From assembly GCF_026571515.1 (NCBI RefSeq), contig NW_026855774.1:124001-188000 (forward strand): a DNA stretch of 64,000 nt, in the 5' to 3' direction. Below are positions 26,401 through 41,400 of the stretch, piece after piece. The stretch is from Ruditapes philippinarum (lineage: Eukaryota). Position 1 is the stretch's first letter, and each line of letters begins with the position of its first letter. The position numbers were made by a program, and so were the translations under genes. Below the pieces are notes generated by a model, which saw only the letters and a program-made list of their open reading frames with translations, ran no database searches and was not told the origin of the DNA.

Positions 26401-29400
26401 TGTAGGAGTTGAACCAGAGAGCTCAAGGTGAAGTGACAATAAGAGAGGCTATTAGAGAGTTGGACTTGTGGGGTGCAGCTGCACAATTTACACTGACAGA
26501 GTATGAGGACAGTAACAAGAATGTGATACATCTCATCAAAGATTGGAAAGATCTTGTTAACCAGGTCTTTAAAATTTGGATTGATTTAGTTTTTTCCTGA
26601 TTCAAATTTAAAACAAATTCACTCTTACAGGTCAATTCCTGTTTTTATTTCTTATTTAGATAGCTTGATTCTTATTAAGTGCAAGGGACATGCAGTTTGA
26701 AAAGAAAAAAAAACATTCTACATTTTATTTTCTATTCTATTGCAACCATAACCAAAATCAATTTTAACTATATATGCAAATCTATGTATTTAAAACATTT
26801 TAGGTGGGAGATAACCAGAGCTTGCTTCAGTCATTGAAAGATTCCCCCTACTACAAGAGTTTTGAGGACAAAGCATCAGTGTGGGAACAGAGACTTGCAG
26901 ACCTGGATGAATACCTGCACAATCTCAACCAGATACAGAGAAAATGGGTCTACTTGGAGCCTATTTTTGGCCGTGGGGCACTACCTAAGGAACAGGGAAG
27001 ATTTAAGAGGGTGGATGATGATTATAGGTATTGATTGTTTTATTTTATCACAGCCATTATACTTATTTTAGTCATAAGTTATTTTGCTAAGTTTATCTCA
27101 AAGATTTGAGTTTTAAAATTCTTGGACACTTAGAACAGCATATATTTGAGAGTATTTTTGTATTGTTGTAAATAGATACCCACTCCAAGTGAAGTGAATG
27201 TTGAAAAATTTCTTTCTCTTTATAGGATATTACATATATATGATGGATAAACAAGTGTACTATTCTTTACTGTCGTCTTCAGGCAGTTGAGAGAGTCAAA
27301 CATGCTTCTGCTACAATTCATTACTATTTCTTATGATGATTTAATAGTCTAGAATATAAAATATCTCAATATGATATTGTAATGAATGGCTTGTTTTCAG
27401 ATCCATTATGAAAGATGTAAGAAGAGACAATAGAGTTTTGTCCCTTGTGAATAAAGCTGGCCTCAGGAATCAGTTGACCACCATGTTAGATCAGTTACAG
27501 AGATGCCAGAAATCACTCAATGAATTCCTTGAGGTTTGAACAGTTTTTGTTATCTGTCTGCTGCATAGCATAGCAATATGAAATAAACATTCATGACAGG
27601 CAAAAAAACATAACAATTTAGATTTGATTTGTTACAGAGGGTGAATTTATTGAAAATTATTACTTTTCTATTGTTTTCTTTTAGCATGCAAGAACTTTCT
27701 ATGTAAAAAACTTGACATGTTTTTATCCTTTTTTTTACCATATCCTCAGTTAATCAGTAAACAGAAAACTAGATTCACAAAAAGTGCTAATCTTTATAGG
27801 AGAAGAGATCGCTGTTCCCAAGATTCTACTTCATTGGAGATGATGATTTATTGGAGATTCTTGGACAATCTACAAATCCTAATGTGATTCAGACACATCT
27901 GAAGAAATTGTTTGCTGGTATACACAGTGTTAACTTTGATGCTGACAGTAAACATATCATTGCTATGAAGTCACTACAAGGTGAAGTTGTTCCTCTGAAG
28001 AGAAAGATTCAGATTGTTCCAGAAGTTGAGGTAGGACACTGTTTCATTTGATGATTCAATATGTTTCTGTGCTGACGTATAATCAGTTATTGTGATAGTA
28101 TTGTTAGTTTGTGTTTCTGGTGTTTGATTTCATTTGTTTCAGTTATTCAGTCTGAGAAGAAAGTAGTATAATATATGATATTTCACTTTACATGTAGGTG
28201 TGATAATAAAATATGTGCTTTTAATGCTTTTAATATGTATATAATATGTGCACATTCTTTTTATTTCTTATACATACTGATATATATGGTCTATATATAT
28301 ATATTTTAGTCATGGTTGGGTAGATTATCAGAAGAAATGAAGGATACATTGAAGGAACTGTTGAATGAATGTCTTAAAGATGCTAAACAGAGCAAGGGTG
28401 GTTTAGATCCAAACAAATACCCATCTCAGGTATATATTATGTTTTATATTTCAGCAGTGCAGGACTGTCTATATTTATAGTTTGTCTATGAAATCAAACA
28501 TTATAAATTATTCAAGTTTTATTGGTATAGTGGTATAGCGCCTTTTGCAAAAGATAAGCCTAACCATAATAAAGCAAATTTAAAGAAAGTGACGATATTA
28601 ATTTGACACATAGCTTTATTTAGATTTGTTTGCAACTTATACCTTTACTCTTTCAGTGTTAAATTTAATTGTTTGAGCCTTGATTTCTACTTTTGTTTTC
28701 ATTTATTGGTGACAGCATTAACACAGTTCAATTGCTGTATTTAGTTATGATAAATCGTTATTACCCCAAAACCTTTATTTTGTGCCATGATAGATCCTGT
28801 GCCTAGCAGAACAGATTAGATTCAGTGAGAATTGTGAAGTGGCTATTAAGAGTGGAAATCTGATGAACTTTGGACGTGATGTGGAAGGACAGCTGGAGTC
28901 ATACACTAGTGTTGACCTGGGCGAGGCTGAAGGAGATGATGAGGCTCAGGTACTAGACCTCAAGTTGAAGGCACTGATCCTAGACACTATACACAACATG
29001 GATGTGATACATGAACTACTGAAGGCTAATGTAAAAAATCCTGGAGAGTGGATATGGCAGAAACAACTTAGGTTAGTAAGATATGTTAGAAACTGAATTA
29101 TACTTAATGACTTACTTGGTCATTTATCACTATTTGTATAGAAATTATGTCATAATCCGTCTTGCCTTTTGTTATACTGCCTTATGGCTTCTTAGTCTGT
29201 TTATTGATTGATAGTTGAGATATTTTGCATTGAGGGACTTCACCAGTTATTCATTTGTAGGATAGGGTTTCCAGTAAAGTAATTTAGCATTTCATACAGA
29301 GTTCTAAGTAAGTGTGTTGTGATACTAATTTATGGCTTTTACTACCTTTATATTCTGACCAGCCTCTATGCTGTCAGTCACTTTAAAATTGTTATATTGA

Positions 29401-32400
29401 CAATGAATAGATCTAATATAAAGGAGAATAAATTCATTATTTAAATAGTTTAAAGAGAAAGGTTAATTTATTGACAGGTTCTACATGAGGAGAGATAATA
29501 TCTGTATTATGAGGATGGTAGATTCAGAGTTTGAATACACGTATGAGTACCAGGGAAATGCCCAGAAACTTGTACATACTCCCCTTACTGACAAGTGTTA
29601 TCTTACATTAACACAAGGTTTGTACCAGGTTTTATGTATAATTCTGATATTTATTACCAATAATCACTGATGTAGTCTACTAGTAGACCATTAGCCAACT
29701 TTGAATGAATGATGCACATCAATATAGAGAGTAGACTTTCTGTGCCAAGCTTTGCTGTCCAAGGCAACTTTTGAAGTCACTTGATAGCCCAAAATTATAT
29801 CTTAATCTTGTAAAAATTTTCAAAGCTTTCAGCTTTAATATGAAACCATTGTTCTGTTTGTGAACAAAATTATGTAAAATTTGGAGAATTGAAAATTAAA
29901 GTATAAAGAAATTCTTATTTTAATTGCTATAGTTTACACTACACAATGTCTGAAATGGAGAAAATATCAGGAGTGAAGAAGTTTGAGATAAGTAATTGTT
30001 TGATATTAAATATTACAGGTATGCACATGGGTCTTGGTGGTAACCCATATGGCCCAGCTGGTACAGGAAAGACAGAGTCTGTGAAAGCTCTAGGTGGACT
30101 CTTTGGTAGACAAGTTCTTGTCTTCAACTGTGATGAGGTAAACTATTCAAGACATTATGAAATTAACATAATAAAAGAGACTGTAGGCCAAGTATAGCTA
30201 TTGTTATGTAAGAGGATTGGTCATTAATGTATGTTTAGTAATATCCAAAAGTAAAAAAAACCCAAAAAAACAAAAACAAGCATAGAATGTTTTAGATTAT
30301 TGTGACTGTGCTTGCTTGAAATATTACTTAGTGGGCCACCTGAAGTTTGCCTCTTTCAGTAAAGCTGGGAAGTTTCATTGTGAACTTCACAGTTTCTTGT
30401 GACTCGAAAGTCAGCAAAAACTTACAAAACAAGAAGAAAAAGTGTCATGTAAAATATCGCATGTACTGGTCAATGTGATAAAGCAATTATTTCTCTTCAG
30501 TTTTATAAAAAAGTATATGTATTTATTTTTGTAGGGTATAGATGTAAAGTCAATGGGTCGTATCTTCATTGGTTTGGTTAAGTGTGGTGCCTGGGGATGT
30601 TTTGATGAGTTTAACAGATTAGAGGAGGCTGTCTTGTCAGCAGTGTCCATGCAGATCCAAGTTATACAAGATGCTATCAAAAACAGACTACCACAAGCTG
30701 AACTTCTGGGCAGAAACGTAAGATGAAAATTCATTGATAATAAAAAAAAAATATAGGAACAATTATAATTTAGATTTCTAACAGAATTGAAGGATGTATA
30801 TGTTTTGTTTAAAACTGTGGGCTTATTTGGTCACATTATTGTGAAATCCTTTGCCTCAAAAGTGTGTGTGTGGGGGGGGGGCTATAGAAAGGATCTAAGT
30901 CTGTCTCTACCTCACATTGTCCTGTCCACTGTATAATTCTTAAACTACTGCTGGGGCGTCCGTGGCCGAGTGGTTAAGGTCCTTGACTTCAAACCACTTG
31001 CCCCTCACCACTGTGGGTTCGAATCCCGACAGGGACTTTGGATTCTTTCATGTGAGGAAGCTATCCAGCTAGCTTACGGAACGTCGGTGGTTCTACTCAG
31101 GTGCCCGTTCGTGCCTGAAATAATGCACGGACGGGCACCTGAGGTCTTCCTCCACCAGTAAAGCTGGAACGTCGCGATATGACCTAAACTGTGTTGATGT
31201 GACGTTAAACCCAAAAAAAACAAAAAACTAATAAACTACTGCTACACTTGTCACAAATGATCATTGTTATGACATGGTGTTAATACTGCAACAACAGATC
31301 ACACTTAATAATGATGCAGAACAAAACAAACAGGTTCCTCCTCTCCAGATTCAAGGTAACACTTCAAAAGTTAAAAAGTCGATGTTTCATGACCTTTTCA
31401 TAATCATCTTTTAGGAAGGTTATAAAGTAACTCAGCACAAGTGATTACCACCATGTCACATTATGCAGATAGAAACATTCAGGTTGCTAACCCCAAGGTC
31501 AAGGTCACACATAGAGGGAAAATGTTTGGCCATTAACTTTTTGTCTTTTGTACTGCTGAAAAGTTTTTAAACTTGGCTTTAATCAGCTTGAGAAAAAGAA
31601 TTTGTCTGTTTATAGGACTGGTAAAGTTGGTCTTTCCTTAAAAAAAAACTGCCAGTTTTTTTAACGACACTATATATTCATACTGTGACGACCTGTAGTG
31701 TGTAGAGTTTTAAACATGACATATCAACTTTGTGTAAAGTCAAAACATGTTTATTTCATATTTACAAAGAGACTGTATAGCAATTATCAATATTTTCTGA
31801 TATCAAATTTGAGCATAGTATATCTTTAAATAGAAAGAAATTTTAAGATACACTTGTGTCATTGTGTGTAATTTTGTTACAGGTGAACATAGATCACAAT
31901 TCTGGTATTTTCATCACAATGAACCCGGCAGGTAAAGGTTATGGAGGTAGACAAAAGCTACCTGACAACTTGAAACAACTGTTCCGACCTGTGGCCATGT
32001 CTAAACCAGATAATGAACAGATCGGTGAAGTCATCCTGTTTTCTGAGGGCTTCAAACAAGCCAAAAGTCTTGGTAGAAAACTGGTGGCCATTTTTAACCT
32101 ATCAAGGTGAGAACTACATTCTGTTAGCATACTGTGTATTACACAAGACATATACTTGCATTATCTCTGCATCTACTTTAATTAGGCTCTTGTTTTAATG
32201 TGAAACACTAATAATCTTTGTAGAAATATTCATTTTTTATACATTTATTAAATATTAACTAAACAAAAAATAGAAGAAAGAATTCATGTCATGTTCAGTA
32301 TTTGTCAACTTATATAATGTTCTATTTACAACATTTAATCAAATGGTTAGTCAACATGTTTAAATAAGATGTCTGCAATCAAATACATTTACATTGTATT

Positions 32401-35400
32401 AGATAACTTATTGTATTCTGAATAGTTGACAAATATACAGGCTAAAGTAATATGTATTCCAGAGAGTTGTTGTCCCCCCAGCAACATTATGATTGGGGTC
32501 TGAGAGCTCTGAAAACTGTTCTACGTGGTTGTGGTAACCTCTTACAGATGAAGAAGAAAGCACAGTCTGGTACATATTTCTACATATTTAACCATGAACC
32601 TGCTACATTAATGTAATAGATTTACACAGCTTTGACTTTGGAACAATCCATTTGGAGTTTAAGAGATTTCAATATCAAAATACGTAACTTTACAGTAGCT
32701 ACTAGCATACAGAGCCTTGCCAGACCTTAAAAAAGGTGCATGCTCAACCCGCTCTTTTGTGGTAAGAATAACACTTTTGGTGCCAGCATGTTCAGGGTGA
32801 ATGACTGCTAATGTCCAACAGAAAAAATAAATTCATTAATTGTAGAAATTTGACAATTGAGAAAGAATGAAGATATTATGAAAAGGAAAACAAATTTTTG
32901 GAAATGATGTAACAATTAACTGATGTCCTAATGTGTAGATATATTTTTCACTCCTAGTTGTATGCATATTTTCTAACAGACACTAATTAGTAAGATATGT
33001 TATTACAGGGAAGATAGATGGTGGTACAGAAGCGAAGCTGGTTGTACAGGCATTGAGGATCAATACCATCTCCAAGCTGACCTTCTCTGATAGTGTCAGG
33101 TATAAATCTTTGATGATACAGAAATAAAACTGATTACTGGAGGTTCTTGAATAGTGTTTTGATTATCATGTTGTCTTGTTAGTTTACAAAATGTTTTAAA
33201 ACTTTTTAAATTCTTTTGTTTATAAAGAAATTTTAATGTATTTATAATGACACCATTTTACAGCTCTTGTATTAAAACATGTGTTCATATCAGATATTTA
33301 ATGTTCACTGATGATATATCTTGAATTTTATTATTTATGAGTAACAAAAATGTTGCAAATTGGATGATTTTATTTTATTGTCTTAAGTTTAGCATAATGT
33401 TAATAATTGATATAAAACTAAATGTAATTATTAACGCCTTGTATTATTATAGGTTTGATGCTCTAGTGAGAGATGTATTCCCCAACATAGAGTTTAAGGA
33501 CATAGAGTATGAGACTTTAGCTGAGGCAATTAGAAATGTATGTAAGGAAACAAATCTTGTAGCCAATGAAATGCAGGTATATATTCTTTACTTTTGTATC
33601 TTCAATAATAAAGACATTAGACTATACTTTAGTCCTAATTCTCAATTTGCACTGGTCTATATAATACTGTAACAAAATGTTGGAGTATTTGGTATGTTTA
33701 TCTGAGGCTGCATAGTTGTATAATGAATAATGTTTGTCTGTAAACCATTGGGCTTTTTAGTTTGAATGTGCATGGTGTATGGCACTTTTAATATGCATTA
33801 AGTACGAGGGTTGTCCCAAAATATCGTAGACAAAGCCTGTTACTCAATCAATTATAATACAATTGAGTCCTCCAGCTAGGAAAAAGTCAATACACCTTTT
33901 ATGTGTGTCTATGCAAAATAAAATCAAAATACCTCCAAAATTGACCAAGTTATCAAAATTTAAAGAATGCTACCTATACATACCCGGCGCATGCCGTCAT
34001 AAACGTCATGACGTAATAACATTTTTTTTTTAAAAATTCAAAGTATTCACCGTGTTTCGCGATGCACTGACAGTGTGGGGTAACCCAATTTTATCATAAA
34101 CGTTTTCAAAACAGTCCTGCTTCAATGTACTCAACACTCGCAGAGTTGAGTTTCCTGGCGGAGTTCGCTGAAGTTTTCGAACATGTGACCTCGTAATTGT
34201 GATTTCAAATAAAGAAACACTGCAAAGTCTTAGGGCGTACGGAAGTCTCTGAAAACCTATCACATCAAGTTCAATCTGTGTCTCCTTAGATCTATCGCAA
34301 GGTGCATTATCTTGATAAAATATAATGTTCTCCATGTTGTCAATTAACGCTGGACGCTTCTTCAACTTAACATAGTATTCAGTGACATTGCGTTGCGCCG
34401 CATTTTCAGCTGACGTCGCCATTTTGGGCGTTTTCAAAATAGCACTGCTGTTACGTATTTTGCTACAGACTTTTTCAAATTAACGTTACATAAACGTCTG
34501 TTGGTGATATGACGTAAATATGAATGAGGTAATTTCACATGAATGTATTTCCCATAATTATTATTATGCTGGAAGTTAAAGGCATTATTTTAAGAAGCAT
34601 GCTCTCAACACTGACTAATATTTTATCGTGCTCCGGGTATGTTGTACTGTTAAATATAAAACCCTAATAAAAAGCTTACCTAATATATTGGCTATTGACT
34701 TTCAGTAGGTAAATTAACAAATGACCAAGGAAGATATCTGGTAAATTTTAATAAGTTATGACGTCAGGTTGAAGAGAAAATAATGTAGTCTACAACATTT
34801 TGGGACAACCCTCGTATGTTACTTAATAAGTTGTCTGGGAGATTAACCTCGGAATTATATGATATACTGTATGTGTAGAAATATTTGCGGGCTTCAAATT
34901 TTCGCGATCTTCGTGGTGACATTCGACCCGCGAATTCTTGTTCAACGCGAATATTTCTACACCAATAATTTCTTAATAGTCATATTTTCGCGCATCTATA
35001 GAACAATGTATGTCAGGGTGTTCGCGGCTGCCACACGTCTGGTATCCGTGGCGCTTTCAAAGAGTGCTTTTACTTTTGTATTAACTGTACATGTAACATT
35101 CAGCTCTGTATATACACCAGTTTGCTACAGTATTATTGTTTGTCTGATATGATTATAGGATTCTTGTATATGTATATACATGTTTGAACAATACCATTGA
35201 ATCACGCTATTTATTTTATATTCAATTCAATATTTTATTTTATAGTCTGAGTTATAAACGTCTTGACATCTGATCAGATTATATTTTGTTTTTCTAAACA
35301 AACTATACAAACAACACAAACATTAACGATTTTAACTGATGGAAAACAAAACACTATTACTCAGTCAACATTTTAACAAAATCGGTGAAAAGATTATGGC

Positions 35401-38400
35401 TGTTTAAAACTGTGAAAAAACACACACAATACAGTAAAATTAAAGAAGACTGCTTGCAAAACCATTGCCTTATTCTCTTATTTTTTAACCTAATGGGTGT
35501 GCGCGAATTTATGATTTTCGGCAGTTACCTCCGCGAATTCAAAATAGCGCGAATATTTGTATATACCCCCAAAGTGGACCATTCCGCAAAAATTTGCTTC
35601 CGCGAATTTAAATACACATACAGTATGTTGAAATGTATCACAGAGAATGTGTGAATACTTATACAGTTTAAGAATTATGATTATGGTCTTATTCAATGCT
35701 GTTTAAAACTGTGAAAAAACACACACTTTAACAGACATTTTTTTGTTTGCCATAATCTGTCCGCGAGACAAATTGAATGTCTTTGTTCTGTTCAATAGCG
35801 TATTGTTTGACACCAGGTGTTGAAAATAACTGTGAAGTACCACAACGATTACAGTAAAATTAAAGAAGACTGCTTGCAAAACCATTGCCTTATTCTCTTA
35901 TTTTTTAACCTAATGGGTGTGCGCGAATTTATGATTTTCGGCAGTCACCTCCGCGAATTCAAAATAGCGCGAATATTTGTATATACCCCCAAAGTGGACC
36001 ATTCCGCAAAAATTTGCTTCCGCGAATTTAAATACACATACAGTATGTTGAAATGTATCACAGAGAATGTGTGAATACTTATACAGTTTAAGAAGTTGTC
36101 TGGGAGATTGTTCTTAACCTCAGAATTATATGATATATGTTGAAATGTATCACAGAGAATGTGTGATACAGTTTAAGGAACATTAGAAAATAACAATAGT
36201 TTTTGATGATTATTTTATCAAACATATGGCAGGTATCTGTCAGTTAAAGTGAGCAGTAAATGTAATATATATTAACATATATTTATAGATTAAGAAAGCG
36301 TTGGAGTTGTATGAGCAGCTGAGACAGAGAACTGGAGTAGTGGTGGTTGGACCAAGTGGCTCGGGCAAGTCAACTTTATGGCGCATATTGAAGCTCGGAC
36401 TTCATAAACTCAACAAGACAGTGAAGTATTACACCATGAACCCTAAAGCAATGCCAAGAACTCAGTTGTTAGGTCAGATAGATATGGATACAAGAGAATG
36501 GACAGATGGTGTTCTTACATACAGTGCCAGACAAGTTGTAAAAGAACCACAAGGTAATTATAGGAAATGTCTGTTTCGTTTCATTATCATGACATGAGTG
36601 TTATTGTGAGTATATATTTATAATTCATTCTGTATTCCAATTAATGTTTATAAGAATTTGGGCCCTATTCATTGCCTATTTTGCTGTATGAATACTGTAT
36701 AGAGGTATAGCCACTTTCATTCTGTTGTTAAGATCACTGAGTGACATTTGTGAATATATGCAAAATCTTTTATATCAATTGGAAGTTCAAAAATACCTAT
36801 ATACATATCAAAATGGATTGGTTTTAATAAAATATTTGTATGATATTAATTCATAATTTATAGATCTTGTATATATGTTTATTTGACTATGATTTATAGA
36901 GGTACAGTCATGGATCATTTGTGATGGAGATATTGACCCAGAATGGATAGAATCCCTGAACTCTGTCCTTGATGATAACCGTCTTCTTACCATGCCATCT
37001 GGGGAGCGTATCCAGTTTGGACCAAATGTTAACTTCCTGTTTGAGACTCATGATCTCAGCTGTGCCTCTCCAGCTACTATATCCAGAATGGGAATGATCT
37101 TCCTGAGGTTCATATCTTTTTATAATATAAATTTCTATATTCAAACATTCTTACATTATCAGGTTATTGGATGAAATTAATTATATTCATTACTGAGATG
37201 TATGTACATTTTGTAGTTAACTATGTTAAGGGTTAGATACAGATTGACTTCAATAAGGTGAATAGAAAGTAAGGACAATACCAAGACAGGTTGGGTATTT
37301 ATCACATACTATTTACATACATGCATATCAATTATATCCGTTACATTGTGACATAATCTATCTATATAGCTTACAAACAGTTGTTGAAAGAATACAGAAA
37401 AGGTGCTTAGGATTTTTATATGAAATTAACCTTGTCATTTCGACTTAAAACCAAATGAAATATGATCTAACAGGATGCATGGCTGTAATGATGCTATTAT
37501 ATAGATTTTTAGAAATAAGCAGTTAGTTATGTGAGGATTTATCATATTGTATATATATATACAGTGATGAAGATACAGATGTGAAGGCATTGATACATTC
37601 ATGGATCAGTAACGTACCTGAGACAGAACAGCAAGTGTTAGCTGGTTATATAGAAGATTATTTCTACAAGGCCCTAGACTGGGTCCTCAAACAGGTATAT
37701 ATACATACCCATCTTATCTCATGTTTACAATTCCTCTCATACAATACAAAGTCATGTTTGAGTTGATTAATAAAAAACAGTATATGATCAGTGAGGTATA
37801 ATTCTCTATAACTTGTTGTTTTTTATCCACTGTAATTGTCAATAAGCATGAGTCTTTTTCATAGGAATATTAAATATATCTGACTTCTTAACCTTTATCT
37901 TGCTAAAGTTCCTGAATGTCTTTGGCTTGTAATTTAGAAGATGTCTATTATCATACTAAAAAATTAAAGTTGTGAGCCAACAATATAGTGCCAAGTTAGA
38001 CTGGACATAGCGTGCAGGCTGACCTTGCTCTATACCTAATGGCAAAATATTTACAGCAATGTTTGCATTAAAGCTAGATATTGATTCATATGGAAGAAAA
38101 TGTTGTTGATCAATTTTGTATATAACTGCTTCTGATTTCAAATGATACAATTACAGTTATTAAGTTTAAGTAAGACTGTTGTTTTAATAAAGTAAGGAAA
38201 GACAGTTATTGATAGTTATTGAAACTTCATATCTTTGAATTTTATTAGGTGTGTCAAATTTTCAAATTTATTGTATCTTTTATGTGATACCAATAATAAA
38301 AGTTTTGTATATTAACTATGCTGATTATTTTTTGTTTTCTTAAGAAAAGTAAAGTAAGGAGTGAATTGAGTTTATTTCTTAGCTTGCAGAACAAATAAAT

Positions 38401-41400
38401 AGAAAGAAAAATGTGCTATGTATGATATTGGTTTAGATAGGCAATGTATACACATTGTAAACAGAAATACTTTAATCTGGTTCAACAAAAATGGAGTGGA
38501 AAAAAATTGGTTTGCTGTTAAATCATAGGCTTATTAGAAGCATGTTATTTAAGTTTTGACAAAATGTGGGATAAAAGGACAGGTAGGGGCAGATGAAGGA
38601 AGATAATTATTCTATTTTCAAAGGCATTAAAATCCTGATATGGAGGTCTAATGAAGTAAAGTGATGATGATGATGATATAAACTGTGGGGCTTTAACAAG
38701 TTTTCTCCTTTCAAAGCTACAAGGTCATAATAAATATAGTATCAGGTTGCTGACTGATGAAAATAATGTAAATGGGTAAAATAATAATAATGATGCAGAA
38801 AATAAACTATATAAACAAGTATCATACAAAGTGTTTGCTTTGTCTTCATGTATAAAGCGTTGTCCACTTTCCTAACACTGATCTATACATATATATGAGA
38901 ATGTTTTTTTTTTATGAAGAGTGAGATCTAATTGAGTCATCTGTCTGATGCTTGTGTTATATTGTATCATCTGTTTGATCAACTCTTCCCTGCTGGAGGT
39001 CTACAGAAATTATTTCCTAGTTTTATTGGACAAAGTGTAATGTGAGCCCTATAAGTTAAATACCTATAAGTTAAATAATCTCAAAGATAAATAGTAATTG
39101 AAACTTTATAAATAAGAAACACTTTTCTATTTTTAATTAGATTTGCCATATTTGTTGAAAGTTATATGTTAATGTTATTTAAAAATTTGTAAGATTATTC
39201 TAATGTTTCTTAGATTAGGAACATAAGTCAGAAATTGATTCTGCTTAGTCTAACCTAAAGTGACAGTAAAATATTATAAACTATAACTTATATCATGTTT
39301 GTATAAACCTTGGAAAGAGTTGATCAAACAGTAGTGTTTTTATTGTGTGATATTTTATATAGTAAACTATGAGTGTGAGAGATTTGTTCTGATAGTGATT
39401 AATTGATGCTGTAAGTGATGTCAACATTAATAACTAAAATAATCAGTAGTCTCATGATTTCACTATCTTTAAGATAAAGTTTATCTTAAGTTATGTAATA
39501 CTTCTTTTCTTCATAACTGATAGACATTGGTGAGCAATGACTGTATAAAAATAAAACATTTTATATTGTTAAACAATTGCCAAGTTCAAGGCTATAATAT
39601 TGTAGAAGTACATAAAGTATTCATTTACAAAGTAAAGTAATGATTGTCAAAGGTCTATGTTATAAATAAAATACATTTTGTCAGAAGACATGTTAATTTT
39701 AGACTTTGATAGGGAAATGGTCATGTTTAAAATAAACCAATCAAATGCTTTCTTGCAAATGAGGTATAATACAAGAGATTCATAACCTTAGAACTTGGAC
39801 TGTGTTGCATGCTGGATTGCTATATTTTTGATGAAGACATCATCATTTAAAAAATACTGTTTCTTCACTATTAAATGTATATTTCACATTTCACCAAGAT
39901 AATACATATGATCACTAATGTTATCACCATTCTGTATAAATACAATATTGTAAAGACTACTATAAGTTTTGCTTATTCTTTTATTTTGCTCACATTTCTT
40001 TAAGCATACTTTTTGGAAATTTACAGCAATTTTGTATTATTTATACATTACAAATTGATAGTTTAATTGGTTCTAGTATGAATTTGATTTGGCAAATTTA
40101 ATGTTGTTAAATAATAAAGCCAGTAAAAAGTGGAGAATATTTGATTTGATAGGCAGTATAATGTAATACATAAACATTGTATAAGAGCAAATTTTAAATT
40201 GTCATTGATGTATTTATAGAGAAAACAAATTGTTATCAAAATTGAATATATACTTGTATGTCAAGTTGAGGTATATTAGCTATATATTCAAAAAGATTGA
40301 CTTGTACGATAGTCATTGAACATTAATTGATAATTACAAATTTTAAGGATAAAAATTACAAACCGACTAAATTATAAAAAGACTCACAGCCTCAGTCTTT
40401 TTTTATCAAATGACTGTTAATGATACATTCAGAAGAATATTTATAGAATTTTCTGTGTGAGTCACATTGGTTTACACCCATGAACTTTACTATAAGATTG
40501 AAAATAATTGTGGCAAAGTCTAAAGTTATTTTGACTTTTACTTGTAAACCTTCAATTTTCACTTATATTTGCATAATGTCACTTAAAAAAGGCTTTATTT
40601 TAAGAGCCCCTTAAGAGCCCCAATGATTCTATTCCATGTGAGTATAAATGGTTACTATGATTTTGGTACATAGATTATATGATTATTTGTTAATAAATTT
40701 TTGTACATTACAGAATGACTTTGTTGTTGAGACAAGTTTGGTAGGTGTGGTGCTAAATGGATTGTCACATCTCAGTCATGTACGGAACAAATCACATTTT
40801 GCCATCTGTCTTATCCGAGGACTTGGAGGCAACTTGAACGAGGCTACAAGAGAGAATTTTGCTAAGGAGGTCTTTGTTTTTTTCTGCTTTTTTCACTTAA
40901 TTTATATTACTTGCTTAGTAGGATCTTCTTGATAGTTTATAAAAGATATATATAAGACATGGAAAGTGATCCTCTATTTCTTTAAACCCTGTATCATACA
41001 AGCTTCTGTGTTGATTTGTCAAAGGAACAATTAATTAAAAGAAGTTGACTATTAAAGTAAATATGACTATCTTTCAAATATATTACTTTTATCATACTAG
41101 ATTATAGAAGATTGATGGTTTTACTTGGGTATCTGCTCTTTTTCTCTTCAATTAAAGCTAAAAAAATGCCATACAACCTTAGTAGTGAATACACAAACCA
41201 AGAAACAAACAAATAATTTTAAAAAATGAATTTTTTTGTTGTTTTTTAATTTAATATTATTTTACTACTATTCAGTTTATCAGTGATTATTAAATTTAAA
41301 CATTACAGACATTTTCTTTAGTTTAGATAGAAAATAAAGAATACAGGCAGACTTGCTTAAAGAGGCAGCTATATAACTTATAAATATTACATCTTTGAAT

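Noticed and set aside
30953-31035. tRNA gene
   Set aside because: A and B boxes continue into a SINE core and tail bounded by a TSD, and a truncated second copy exists at 2361.
34030-34437. Functional transposase gene
   Set aside because: Only a frameshifted C-terminal fragment; the N-terminal domain and YSPDLAP motif are missing.
39396-39410. 15-nt cassette with strong gtaagt donor
   Set aside because: Starts with in-frame TGA; could only be a poison exon, and the acceptor is modest. A similar case is at 45431-45445.
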